Position numbers and translations under genes: made by a program. A stretch of 64,000 nt of DNA, from positions 18,866,819 through 18,930,818 of the forward strand of contig MU054323.1 in the NCBI GenBank assembly GCA_013239625.1, read 5' to 3'. Position 1 is the stretch's first letter. Each line of letters begins with the position of its first letter. Under the pieces are notes generated by a model, which had not been told where the DNA came from, made no database searches, and worked only from the letters and a program-made list of their open reading frames with translations. This document shows, piece after piece, positions 37,801 to 50,329 of this stretch. The stretch comes from Lama guanicoe. Its lineage: Eukaryota.

Positions 37801-39847
37801 CAAATATGACACCACTAGCAATTTTTTAGGATATTTTGTTGACAAATTTTAAAGAAAGAGCTTTCATTTCAGGTATAATCTTCTTTCTTTGCATGTTCCC
37901 ATACAATACAGCAGCTGTGTTCTTCAACTAGTGATGATGCCTCATTTGATTCAGAGATGGGATGTCAAAAAGGGCAATTCAGTGTTTCTTGTGCCTGTGG
38001 ACAGTGATCACAGTCTACACACAACCCAAATGTACCTGATAGGAGCTGCTCTGCAGTTCTGTAAACTCAGATCACAATGGCTCTGAACCTGCTTCAACGA
38101 TCTATCCAAACAGAAAGGCAGCAAGCACTCCTGGAAGTAGCCCCTGTTACTCCTGATTGCTCCAAAAAAGGGGACGGAGCTTACAGGCCAGTTCACCAAG
38201 TGCAGGCAAGTCCAGTTTCTGTTGTGTTCTTCCCAGTCTTGTCTCCCTAATTCCCAGAGAGTGTGTTTTAGGGGCCTCCGTGCTGCCACTCTTGACATCA
38301 TCTGCTGTGAGTGTCCTATCTACAAAAGCTTCTCAAGCTACCTGTCTTCAAAATGCCAGTCTTCAATCTGATGTTTTTCTCACCTGACAGATGCAAAATA
38401 TTGAGGTGACTGGGGTGACCCTGCCCAAGTACCCATTCATTCTTTTCATCATTAATGGAGTATGCAACAAACCTTGCCAGTTTTACCTGTGAACTTCCCT
38501 GTAATGTGTCCCTCTCTTTTGTTACCCACAATACTGCTTAAGGCTTTCATCATCTCTTGCCAAGATTCTTAAAATAGTCTCTTAACTGGTCTCCCACCGT
38601 ATTTATTCCTCTAAAATCTATCTTTTCTGCAATCAAAGATTTATCTAAACATATAACTAAGCTACTTTTAACTAGATCTGTGTATTTCCTGCATTATAGA
38701 ATAAAGATTAAAAAAATCTCTGCAAATGAACTTTGACAGTGGTCATAATTAGGCAACTTTAGGAGTTGAGAGTACTTAGTAATAGTCCCAAGAAATAGTG
38801 AAACCTTTAGCCATATGACTATATTTTCTATTAAGTATACATCTGAAGACATTAATTTAATATCTTCTACAAAGAAAAAAAATACATGCCCTAATTTTCA
38901 GTGTTTGCATCAGCAGTTTAGAAACAGCTATTTTGAGATAAAAATGAGACAAACTACACAAATGGCAGAGGGCTGGAAAGGAATCACACTTTGAAAAGAA
39001 ACCTAATTTCTATAATAAAAATGCCCTGGTATCAGTGAAGAGTCAGTGTGAAGCAGATTATAAAGGTTTTGTTGACAATTAAGTAAAATATGGAGAAACA
39101 ATGAGGAAGACATAAGGGAAATATTAAGACATTTTGAATAAAAATTAATGGTTCACAATGTTTTCAGTATTAGAACATTATTTTGATGTGCCATCCTTAT
39201 GTTTAATAATATTGATCTAATCCACTGTTGAATGTCAGACATCACACTGAATTCATCAACAAGTAATCAGCAGAGAACAAATTTTGATGAATGCGGTGGA
39301 GTCAGCATTTTTGATGAGGCTGAGAAAGACATATGAATACCCTGGCACTTGAACTAGTCCTGATGTTCCCACATCATATCCCCCAAATGTCAAACAACCC
39401 CTCTGTCCATGCTACCCAGCCCAGCAAAACCCCTATTTGCATGGTGCTTGAAAGTAAATGCTAATAAATGTCAAAAGGGATATGAGGAAAATACACAAAA
39501 AACATTCAGCAAGAAAGGTAGAGGATACTGCCCGCTTTTAAACTCAGTTGGATCTGATTGCAGGCTTCTTTAATTTAAAAAACTGATAAGCATCCTCAGT
39601 GTTGTGTTCAAAAGAAGAAAAAATCCTCAATAGCTCAAAAAACAAGAAGGTTATAACTCGTTTGTGTAATCTCAGAAAATGAGAGAAGGGACTTCTTTTC
39701 CGACACCTCGAAAGTGTACCTGATCCCGCTCTACAGTCCCTCCTCTCACTTGCCTGTCATCAAGCTGCTTAAGGAGCTAACTCTATAGGGAAACAGGTCA
39801 AATGTTGAAGAATTCAGAAGTATAAGATTTTGGGGAACAAGATAATT

Positions 39848-40330
39848 GTATTAGTTATCCATTGCTTTGTAATGAGTAAATTGACTCAAAATTTAGCATC
39901 TTAAAACAACAAAGATTTATTACCTTGCAGAGGCTGTGAAGATCAGAAATTTCAGAGTGGCTTAGTTGTGTGAGTCTAGGTCGGGGTTTCCCATGAGATT
40001 GCCATCAAGCTGCCTCTGAAGTCTCGAATGGGTTTGGAGAATGCCCTTTGACACTCGTTCTCGTGGTTGTTGGCAGGAGGCTTTGGTTTCTCTCTCTCTT
40101 GCATTTTACTATAAGCAGCAAGAGAAATCAGGCAACACGCTCAACATTGGCTTGGAAATCTCAGCTAGATCACCCAGTTACTGTAGGCAACGATGCTGCT
40201 AAAAATGGCTGCCATCACAGAGCAAGGATCCCCTTTCCTCAAGTCCCAGTAACATTTTATGTTTTTCTACAAGCCCTTCCTGGGAGCCTTATTAAAGACC
40301 AGACGGCTTTAAGGCTTCAGTTAATATCTT
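39848..40330 (-). mobile_element. MaLR LTR (MLT1F/G-like) with an adjacent MLT-internal fragment
   Basis: TGTATTAGTTATCCATTGC...CAAAATTTAGCATCTTAAAACAACAA...GGTTGTTGGCAGGAGG, followed by MLT-int-like GCAAGAGAAATCAGG...TTGGAAATCTC. Confidence 0.75.
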
Positions 40331-40349
40331 CTTCAAGGGTAACACTTGA

Positions 40350-40723
40350 GTAGTGATCTAAAGGAAGTAAGAGAGAGAACTATGCAGCTATCTGGGGGAG
40401 GAACATTCCAATTAGAGGAAGCAGAAAGCACAGATGCACTGAAGTAGAGGTGCTCAACCTGGTCAAGAAATTGCACAAAGGCCAGCGTGGCTGCAGAAAA
40501 ATGAATGAAGGAGAAATTAATATGAGCAGGAGGAGAGAGTTATAGCAAGAAATAAGATCAGTTAGAGGCTTACAGGCTGCTGAAAAGACTGATTTCTTAC
40601 TGATTGAGGTGGGAAGGTAATGGAGGAAATTCAATCTGGCTTCAATTATAAAAGAATCACCTTGGCTGCTATATGGAGTATAACTATGTGAGGGGAGGGG
40701 GTGAGAGATGTGAGGGGGGGTGG

Positions 40724-40784
<61 letters not shown>

Positions 40785-40915
40785 GGTGGTGGTGTAAAGG
40801 TGGGCCAGTTAGGAAACATTGTAGTCCAGCACAAGATGATCATGCACTAAGCATGGCTCATAACAGGGGACTTAGTGAGAAATTGCTGAATTTAGAATGT
40901 TTCTAAAAGAATATC
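40350..40915 (-). mobile_element. L2 fragment
   Basis: ATGCAGCTATCTGGGGGAGGAACATTCCA...GGCCAGCGTGGCTG...AAAGAATCACCTTGGCTGCT...GGCCAGTTAGGA. Confidence 0.85.
40726..40783. repeat. (GT)29 perfect microsatellite
   Basis: Read directly. Confidence 0.98.
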
Positions 40916-42404
40916 TTGAAGCTTCTCTACTTATAGATCTTGTATTACATACTCCTGGGGAGTTGATGACAAATCATAATTTTATAACTCTCAAGACTTG
41001 AGGTCTTTAGCATTTGATAGTAAAGCCAAAAATTGTATTTGTAGAATATCAGATTGTAATCCTGTTAAATAGATTATTGGGCCATTCTGTTTTGTATCTG
41101 AACTTTGAAGTTAAATATAAGTCAATATAAACTACCTGTGCATTTTAAGATAATTCAGCTTCAAAATCAGTTTTGGAAATTGAAAATTCCATTGAACCTT
41201 CCTTCCCTCTAATTTGTACAAATGAACTAATTCTAATTTATCATAAATAGTGATTAAAAATAACTAATTTGTCATATATAGGGAAGTCTGACAGACTAAG
41301 AGGGCAAATGATACCTCATAATGAATGGAATAGTAAAAAAAAAAAGTGCTTGGTGTCTGTACCAGATAAGGAATAACTAATAACTGAAATTGTTCATCAG
41401 TAGTCAACCGTCAAATAGTTGTTAATGCACAGATTAATTTACCATTAACTATGACTTAAAAGTGTATGTAGGAACAGCTACCTTAAAATGTATAAGGGCA
41501 AAGAATTTGTGGAAAGTGAAGTATTCTGGCCAGGAAAGCTGATGGTTTGGAAATAGTATTTTAAAGAAAAAATCAAAGTAGATAGTAATACTGATTCTTT
41601 GTCTTTTATCATTTCTGTATAGAATGTCCAAAAGAAATGCTTTCAGTTTTATCCTAGGGTAAAAGTGGCATAGGACAGGTCCCAGTTATGGAGAAGCCCC
41701 ACTTTTTCTAGGTATGGGCCAGGACTACTGATCCTCCTCTGTCCTCGAGTCTGTTCTTTATCTATTTCTACCCTAACCCCTGTGTAAGAAAAGATTCTAT
41801 TTAGTTACTGAAGATTGTTCCCCAGCATCTCCAGTCATCCTTCGCCTATGAGTAACCCTGTCATATGCTCCTTTCGGATACTGTTATGACGTCTAGTACT
41901 ACGATTTATCTCCATTGTCCATGATGTACTACCAGCAATTTTGTTAGAGTATCTATTAGTTAATCATTAAGTCTTGAGGGACAGTTTTCACCTAAATTTG
42001 TAAATAATATCTAAGGGGTATTGGAGGCAGTTCTTGGAATGGTGTAGGACTTCATAAAACGTTTTTCAATGATAGGCATCATCTTCTTATGAAATGTGCC
42101 TGCATTATAAATCTTGCTTCAACGGCCAAAGCATTCTTGATATTTATTCTTTTAACAAAACCAGCACTGTTGTTGTGATATGTGCTTGAAGAACGGCTAG
42201 ATGCTACCTACACATATTTAATGGAGGCCTAAGATTATATTAAAAATAGGAGATCAAGGCATTTTTATCTTTCCCTATTTTAAGACTTCAGTGCTTTGTT
42301 GCTCACTTTATACTCATTCTTAAGGACACACTTTAAAAACTTATAATGGGGTCTTTTAGGCAGCATGATAATGCCAGTGGAAGCTTCAGATTCACATTCA
42401 GATA

Positions 42405-42600
42405 TTAATAGTAGCTGAATTAATACCATTTACCAGGTGCTGCGCTAGCTACTTTCACAGTTTACCTAATTTAGTCCGAACAAACAGTCCCGATTTAGTC
42501 CTGTTATTCAAAAGGGAAACTAAAACGTGGAGAGGTAAAATACTTGCTTGAAGCATCACAGATTATTTAGATTCAGGTTTTTAATCTCAGTGTAGTGTTC
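42405..42600 (-). mobile_element. MIR SINE
   Basis: TAATAGTAGCT...CCAGGTGCTGCGCTAG...GGAAACTAAAACGTGGAGAGGTAAAATACTTGCTTGAAGCATCACAG. Confidence 0.75.
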
Positions 42601-43429
42601 TCCGCCGTCCACTCAGACTCACTTATGATTCTGCAAGGAGGATTCATGTCCTTAACCATTAGTCTTAAACATCTGTGACAGTTATCATCAGAGACGACCT
42701 GCTAATCCTATTGTGTTCTGGGTTATTATGTCTAGAATGTCATTTTAGTCTGAGGATTAGAAGTATACAAGTAAACACCCAGCTACACATCACAGTTAAT
42801 TCAAAATCTTCAATATTTGTGCAGACAGAACTTCACTTTTAAACGATAATTTTTTTTGCTTCAATTTTTTATTTGAACAAAAGCCAAGATTGGAGCTTGG
42901 TTTTCTCAAACTGAGATAGATTAAATTATATCTTGTCTTCATTCTGTCATGCAATGGCCTGGAATTATAAATAGTACTAATATGATTGCCCTGGCTCACT
43001 TTAATACATACATGACTACTGGAACCAACCTAAATTAATTAAACAAGTTTTAATTTGATTTTTAACCTTTTAAGCAGCCCAAAATAAGAGAGATGATCTA
43101 ATTGGGAAAACAGAGATGTCCAGGATGCCAAATCAAATGTAATCCACGTAACAAGTCAGATATTGACTGGAGACACATTTCTGTGGACCAGTTCAGGCCC
43201 TAAAGAGAGAGAAAAAATGTTAATCCTGTATCTTAAGAGTCTTGGAATTAGGAAATGTTTACCGATAAACCAAGAAAACTGGGTTCGGCATCAGTGGATA
43301 ATACATCTGCTCCAGGATGTGCATTTATTTTCTATGAAAAGCCATCTAGCCTTCTTTACTTTTCTTTATCTTCCTTTGTATGTCTTTCTCTACACCATAC
43401 TTGGTAGAAGGATTTTACTGGAGGTAATA

Positions 43430-44235
43430 TCAATTGTTGTCAGTGACGTGGATCAGCTGGAACTCTCATACACTATTGGTTGTAATGTAAAATAAGATAC
43501 CCACTTTGGAAAATAGTTTTGAAGTTAAAATAAATTAAATATAACCTTACCATAAAACTCCCAAGAAAAATGAAATTATGTATCCATTTGATGAGCTGGT
43601 GTATGAATATTCATTGCAGCTCTATTCATTATAGCTAAAACCTGGAGACAATCCAAATATTCATCAACAGCTGAATAGCTCAATTATGGTATATTCATAC
43701 AATGAAATACAATTCAGTCATAAATAGATGGAAACTACTAATACACACAAAACATGGATGAATTGCCAAAACATTGTGCTGAGTGAAAGAATCCAAACAC
43801 AAAAGGCAACATGCCATGAGATTCCATGAATATGACTCTCTAAAAGAGACAATTCTAATATATATTGACAGAAAGCAGATTAGAGTTAACCTGGGTTTGT
43901 GACATGGGGAAAGAGATTGATTAGGAAGGACACAAGTAGGGTTGCAAGATTTAGGGGGAGAAAAAGAAAGGAAGGAAGGAAGAAAAAAAAAACTTCAGGA
44001 TACCCAGTTAAATCTGAATTTCAGATTAAAAATGGATTTTTTGACTTTGTCTCAAATATTGCATGGGAGACACTAATTTTTTGAAATTCAGATTTAACAA
44101 GCATCCTGGTATCTTGCTGTGATGATGGAAATGTTCTTAATTGTTGTTGTGATAGTGCTTATATAGGTGTGTGCTTGTCTAAATACATCTGAATATGCTC
44201 TTGTTTGTAAATTACAACTCAATAATGTTTTTAAA
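43430..44235 (+). mobile_element. Old LINE-1 3' end (L1MC/L1ME-like), interrupted by MER53
   Basis: CTGGAACTCTCATACACT...CCACTTTGGAAAATAGTT...ACATGGATGAAT...TGCTGAGTGAAAGAA...GTGATGATGGAAATGTTCT. Confidence 0.85.
43938..44115. mobile_element. MER53 palindromic DNA-transposon MITE (degenerate, one end lost)
   Basis: TAGGGTTGCAAGATTTAG...CAGGATACCCAGTTAAATCTGAATTTCAGA...CAAATATTGCATGGGA...TGAAATTCAGATTTAAC...CATCCTG with self-complementary arms. Confidence 0.85.
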
Positions 44236-44479
44236 AAGTGCTATTGTTAACAAAGGTTACTAGATAAACAAAGATAGATAAAATTAATCACCATAACTGA
44301 AAAAACATTGCTCAAACTAAGATCATTATTTCCATAATATTAAATTTTATGTCAGAAGTGAAAAAAAAATCATAATGCTTGCAGATTTCTGATTCATTTC
44401 CTAAATTTCTAGGTGTAAAGATGATTGCAGAATATAGCTGCTTAATAAAGTTCAAGTATTCTTATGTTTCCATTTACAT

Positions 44480-46000
44480 GGCAGACTATGTGTCTGGAAA
44501 ATTCTCCCTTATTTCTGGTTTGTGTTTATATTTTAATCTATAGCTGAGTCAGAAGAAATAGAAAGGAATCACCACAGACTGTACATAAAAAGAAGACTCA
44601 AATCCGGACAGGAAAATAAGGATTTTAGTTTGAAGTGTGCCCTGGAGGCACCTCCCAATCTCTGCTGAATTTTGTTTTAAATTTCTAAGCTCACGAAGGG
44701 GAAAGTTAATCTGGTTTTAACTTTCTAAACTCATGAAGGCAGCCTGAGAAGGTTGGGAGCTTAGATAAGAAAACCCAATATAAAACTAGGGTAAGAGGAA
44801 GAGCTTCCATGTAAATAACAACTACAGTGAGTTAATTAGTAGAACTGGATCTCAAACACACTGAGAATATATTTCATTCTCAACCTTGGATCTGGGAGGA
44901 ATAAAATAAAGAATATATCCCAGCATCTACATAGCCTACTCACATGAAAGGTTAAGGCCTGAATTCTACTAGCTTGTTAGCCTTAAAACCTTAGCAAACT
45001 TTTCAGTTTATAATGGTCTAGAATATGCCTGGGAGAAGCAAAAGGCATATGCTCTCTGGAAAAACACATCTAGACTTCATTCCAGACCTCAAGTGTTCCC
45101 AGGATAAAAGTTTCAGAAAACATGATTTCAATTTGAAAAACACAAAACTTCTGAGCAAACAAATCATCCTGAGTAACACTGAGCAGAAAAACAAACAGCC
45201 AGTCATACTGACAGAGTCTGTAGACACTTGAGTTTTCAGATGCTGAGAGAAAAATAACATGCTTAATGGCTTTAATCCAAAATGTATTAAAATTTTGATT
45301 AAGCAAGTAGAAAATAGTTTTAAACAAGGAAAATTAAAAAAGAAAATGTCAGAATGCCTGGAAATCAAACATAATCATGTGAATTATAAGCTCAATGGAT
45401 GAGATAAATGGCAGAATACACTAAGCTAAAGAGAGAACTGGTGATTTGGAAGGTAGAGGTACATACCTTACCAAAATACAGCACAGAATAAAAAAAAAAG
45501 AGGAAAGGTATCAAAGAAAGATTAAAACCATGAAGATAAAATAAAAGTTACACATTACTTAATCAGAATTTGAAAAGATGAAGTTTAAATACTCAGAAAG
45601 ACAATATTGAGAAGTATCCAGAATGGTTGTTAGAAACTTACTCTCACTCTCTGGAAGCCCCTAAAACCCCAAGACAGGTTCTTTTTTTTTTAAGATACTT
45701 AAAAAAAATTGAAATGGCAGATTGACAGAGATAAAAAGAAAGTATTTAAAAGTAACTAAAAATGTTAATTAAACTAACAGGTGAATTCTCAAAGACAATT
45801 ACCGTAATTAGCGAACTTTAGCATGATGTCTTTAAAGTAATGAAAGAAGACAACGGTTAACTGAAAATCAGATACTCAGAGAAAGTAAGTTAAGACTGAA
45901 GGCAAACCAAATAAATTTTCAAAAACACAAAATCTAAGAGAATTTATTACCAATGCATATTTTGAAAATGGGTGTTTTACAGATGTACTTCAGGAAGGAT
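44480..46000 (+). mobile_element. Very old L1/HAL1 5' region plus ORF1-like fragment
   Basis: A-rich decayed ORF1 motifs (CTCAATGGATGAG...AAAGAGAGAACTGGTGATTTGGAAGGTAG; AAGAGAATTTATTACCAA). Confidence 0.6.
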
Positions 46001-46004
46001 TATT

Positions 46005-48003
46005 TGGTTTTTTGTTACAGTTGATGTACAATATTGTATATGTTACGAGTGCACAATATAGTGGTTCACAATGTTGAAAGATTTTACTCCATTTATAGTT
46101 GTAAAATAATGGCTATATTCCCTATTTTGTACAATATATCCTTATAGCTTATTTTATACGTAACAGTTTGTACCTCTTTATCCCCTTCCTATTCATTGCC
46201 CCTCCGCTTTTTCCTCTTCCCACTGGTAACCACTAGTTTGTACTCTATACCGGTGAGTCTGCTTTTTTTTTTGTTATATTCACTAGTTTGTTGTAATTTT
46301 TAGATCCCACATATAAGTGGTATGATACAATATTTGTCCCTCTCTGCCTGACTTCTTTTACCGTAATATTCTCCAGATCTATCCAAGTTGTTACAAATGG
46401 CAAAATTTTATTCTTTTTATGGCTGGGTAATATTTCATTGTACGTATGTACCACGTCTTCTTTATCTATTGATGGATACTTAGGATGCTTCCTTACTTTG
46501 GCAATTGTAAATGCTCCTGTGAACATTGGGGTACATGTATCTTTTTGAGTTAGTATTTTTGTTTTTGTCTTTTGGATGTATACCCAAGAGTAGAATTGCT
46601 GGGTCATATGGTAGTTCTATTTTTAATTTTTTGAGAAACTTCCATAGTATTTTCTACAGTGGCTGCACCAATTTGCATTACCACCAACAAGGTGTGAGGT
46701 TCCCTTTTCTTCACATCCTTGCCAACATTTGTTATTTGCGTTCTTTTTGATCATAGCCATTCTGACAACTGTGAGGTGATATCTCATTGTGGTTTTGATT
46801 TGCATTTCCCTGATGATCAGCAGTGTTGAACATTTTTTCATGTGCCTGTTGACCATCTGTGTGTCTTCTTTGGAAAAATGTCTATTCAGATCTTCTGTCC
46901 TTTTTTAATTTAGTTGGATTTTTTTTTTGATATTGCATTAAATAAGCTGTTTATAAATTTTGGGTATTACTACTTTATAGTTCATATCATTTGCAAATAT
47001 TTTCTCCCATTCAGTAGGATGTCTTTTTTTTTTCACTGATGGTTTCCTTTGCTATGCAGAGGAAACCTTAAGTTTTTTAGATACCATTTGTTTATTTTTT
47101 CTTTTGTTTCCTTTGCCTTAGAGAAAGATCAAAAAAAATATTGCTACAATTTTATGTCAAAGAATGTTGTGCCTATGTATTCTTCTAGGTGTTTTATGAT
47201 TCCCAGTCTTACATTTAGGTTTTTAATCCATTTTGAATTTATTTTTGTATATGTTATGAGAAAATGTTCTAGTTTCATTCTTTTTCCTGTAACTGTCCTG
47301 TTTACACACCTGGTACCCACCCACTGGTGGGTGGAGGAGGTCCTGGGGCTGATTCTGGCCCATTGGCAGATGAAGCTGGCTGCTGGGATGTGGCTTAAGG
47401 GCCCAGAGGTCCCTGAGCAGGTGTTAGATTTCTGATGAATGGGGCTAGTTCCTGACACAGCTGGCCACAGGGTCCAAGGTGTCTTGAAGCTTAGGCCAGC
47501 CTGCTGGTGAACGGGGCTGGATCTGGGGAGGCTAAGGGGCCCAAGGTGTCTCAGAGTTGGCATTGACTTGCTGGTGGGTGGGCCGGGTCCTGCCACGGCA
47601 GGCTGAGGGGCTGTGGTTGTCCTGGGGAAGGCGGAGACCCACAGGGTCTCCCTGAGGTCAGCCCCACTGAGCTTCAAAGCCAAATATTCTGGGGGCCTGT
47701 TTTCCCAGGGCTGGGTTCCTGGGCTGGGGAGCTCAACATGGAGCTCAGACCGCTCACCTCCTGGGAGAGGCTCTGTAGTTGTGACTGTTGCCCTGTCTAT
47801 GGGTCACCAACCTGGGAGAGTGGATCTTGGCTATACTGCGACGTCGTTCCCGCTGCCCCTCTCGTTATGGTTCCTTCTTTATATCCCTAGTTGTAGAAGA
47901 TCTTTTCTGATAGCTTCCAGTCTGTTTCACTGAGAGTTGCTTGGTAAATAGTTGTTGTAATGTTGGTGTGCTCATGAAAGGAGGTGAGCTCTGGGTCTTC
48001 CTA
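46005..48003 (-). mobile_element. LINE-1 with its 5' UTR (about 47310-48003) joined to the ORF2 C-terminus/3' UTR (46005 to about 47310)
   Basis: ORF2 peptides [24 protein letters not shown] and [26 protein letters not shown]-rich 5' UTR-like block ending GGAGGTGAGCTCTGGGTCTTCCTAC, similar to 34075-34100. Confidence 0.88.
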
Positions 48004-50014
48004 CAATGAAATTTTCTTATGAAGCAACAGAAAAAAAAGAGAGCTCATTCACTTGCCTGGGACAGAAACCACCCTCTTATATTAAACTCCTTTATTATCT
48101 TTTCTCGTGTAACCAGCCTTCCTCATGTAAGGCACAGAAAAACAGAAAGAAATATGTAGAAAGAAAACTGTGTTAAGTTCTTCATTAAGCTTCCCTAAAG
48201 GTCAAATAATGGTAGGGAGAGTTTTGACATTTTTGCAAATGATTATATGGGAGACACTCAAAGAAAAAGCCACTTATCCTTGCTTAAAATGAAAGATGAT
48301 GAAACGTCACCACAGGCATTTCCTACTTGAAATATTCCTTCCTGTCTCTTTCCCTCCCTCCCTCCATCGCTGCCTCCTTTCCCGTTTTCCATCCTATACA
48401 CCCTCTTTTATTTATTTTCACAATTTCCTCCTGGCTGATTTGCTTTCATATAAAATACACTTAATATAAAAAACATAAAAGTATTAAAATAAAAATTCTC
48501 GACTCTGACTCACACTATAGATGGATCACTTTTCAAAAAGAAAAAAATTGTGCCCCCTCCTCCCTGCACCACTGTGGTTATTAGGACATCATGCTGGTTG
48601 AGGGGCCGTGTGCTGAATGATAACATAATCTGTGGGTATATTTTTTAACTGAACGCCCAGCATGGTACTCCTAGTACTGACGGTTTTAATTGGCCATTTT
48701 CTCCCTCTGGAGCCCAGAATAAAAGCTGTAATCTTATTTTCCAGACACTGTTAGCACTATTTGGCATTTTCCTAATAAAGCCACAATGCTTCTGGCCTTT
48801 CATCATAGCTTTCCAGTAGTTTCTCCGAAGCATTCTACCCTGATTACTGCAGCCTGGAAACGTCACCTCCCACCCCCGGCAAGTTTCAGTGAACAATCAG
48901 CAATTTGCAGAGAGGAATGATGACCATGTTATATTTCTTAGACTTTCATGTAGTCAGGCTTCTTTTAAATCAATTCAGCTTTATGTTCAGTCTCTGAAAG
49001 ATGGTAGTGGGGCTGCTATTTCCAATTCTCAGAGAGTAATTGTTAGCAGTAGGTTGGAATGCCTCCTATGAAGAATTAATTACCATGTCTGTTAACCTGT
49101 GGATCAGAACTGAATGCGAAGCTGGGTGAGAAAGGGCCCTGCAGGATGAGATGTCATCTCCCCAAGGTCAGCCTGTTGAAATACGGTTTCATGAGCATGG
49201 GTTTTCCTTAGTTCTGTTTTAGTCTTTATTGAAATGAAAAAGAAATGCTTTAGGAAATTGAAATATCTGTCACTGACAGCACTGCCTCCAAGTCAAGATA
49301 CTCTTTCTCTTTTTTCCATATTAATCACCCATCTTTTCCTCAACAAATGAGTACAGAAGGGGCTTCTTTGTCATGAGATTCCTCTTTAGACCCCAAAGGG
49401 CAGTGTTCAGGCTAAATGAATCACAGTGAAATAGTTATTTGTAAGGCGAGATTTATTATTAATAGTGTCCTCAAATGAAAAGCATGGAGAATGTATAGAC
49501 ATTTGAGTTCAATGTGTACGAAGTGATGCATTAGAGGAGAGCTCTCCACTGCATACTCAGAAGAGGAGGATGGAAAATCTATTCCCACAAGAAAGGATGA
49601 GAGACAGGGGGTGAGTTTACTTCAATGCTGACAGAAGTCCAGCAATGAATGCCTGCAGGGAAATGGAACAGAGTGCTATTGCATGCTATCAGTATTCCCC
49701 TGAAGAGGGTGTGTTTAAAGAGAAGGGGGAAAAATCCTCATTTGGTAATCATCGTTCTGTTTGCAGTATCTTGTTTGTTCTTCGGAGGATCTCTTGATGA
49801 TACAGTATTTGCATTTCACAAATTGAGTGTTAGACAGATTAAGACGTATCCCCCAAATCACATCACCAGAGGGTGAAGGGGAGAGACTTGCTGAACCCTG
49901 AACCCTTTGCAATGCCTATGACAGCACTGTCTCAAACTAAGAAGCAATTACATGTAGAGACAAAAAGATGTTTACCTGTTACTGTTCTTCAAGCAGGGAT
50001 GTATAATCTTTGTC

Positions 50015-50160
50015 TAATCATTCATTTAATGTATATTTATTGTTGATTAACATATCCTAGGTGTCTGGAGATACAATATTACAATGTGAACAGAATACAG
50101 CTTTTGAGAAACTTAAAGTCTAGAAGGAAAGCAGTGAACAAAGAGTAATTATTGTGAAGA
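50015..50160 (-). mobile_element. L2 3' end fragment
   Basis: TCATTCATTTAATGTATATTTATTG...CTAGGTGTCTGGAGATACA...AAACTTAAAGTCTAG. Confidence 0.6.
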
Positions 50161-50329
50161 ATTTTTGGACAGAATATTCCTCAATGCTGTACAGCTGCAT
50201 AATGCCCCATCTTTCTATAACATGGAATCAGGAGGCGACAGGGGCTGCTCACTCTGATAACTGTTGTGTTTTTTATTAGCTAATTAATTAGACATAAATT
50301 AGGATAGGAGGAGCTGAAACTATCACTTG

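Noticed and set aside
40646..40906. ORFs with His-Thr or Cys-Val repeats
   Set aside because: Translation artefacts of the (GT)n microsatellite.
43938..44115. MER53-derived microRNA (miR-1302 family)
   Set aside because: MER53 is the known source of miR-1302, but the central hairpin here is degenerate and partly deleted, and the mature-like segment is not intact.
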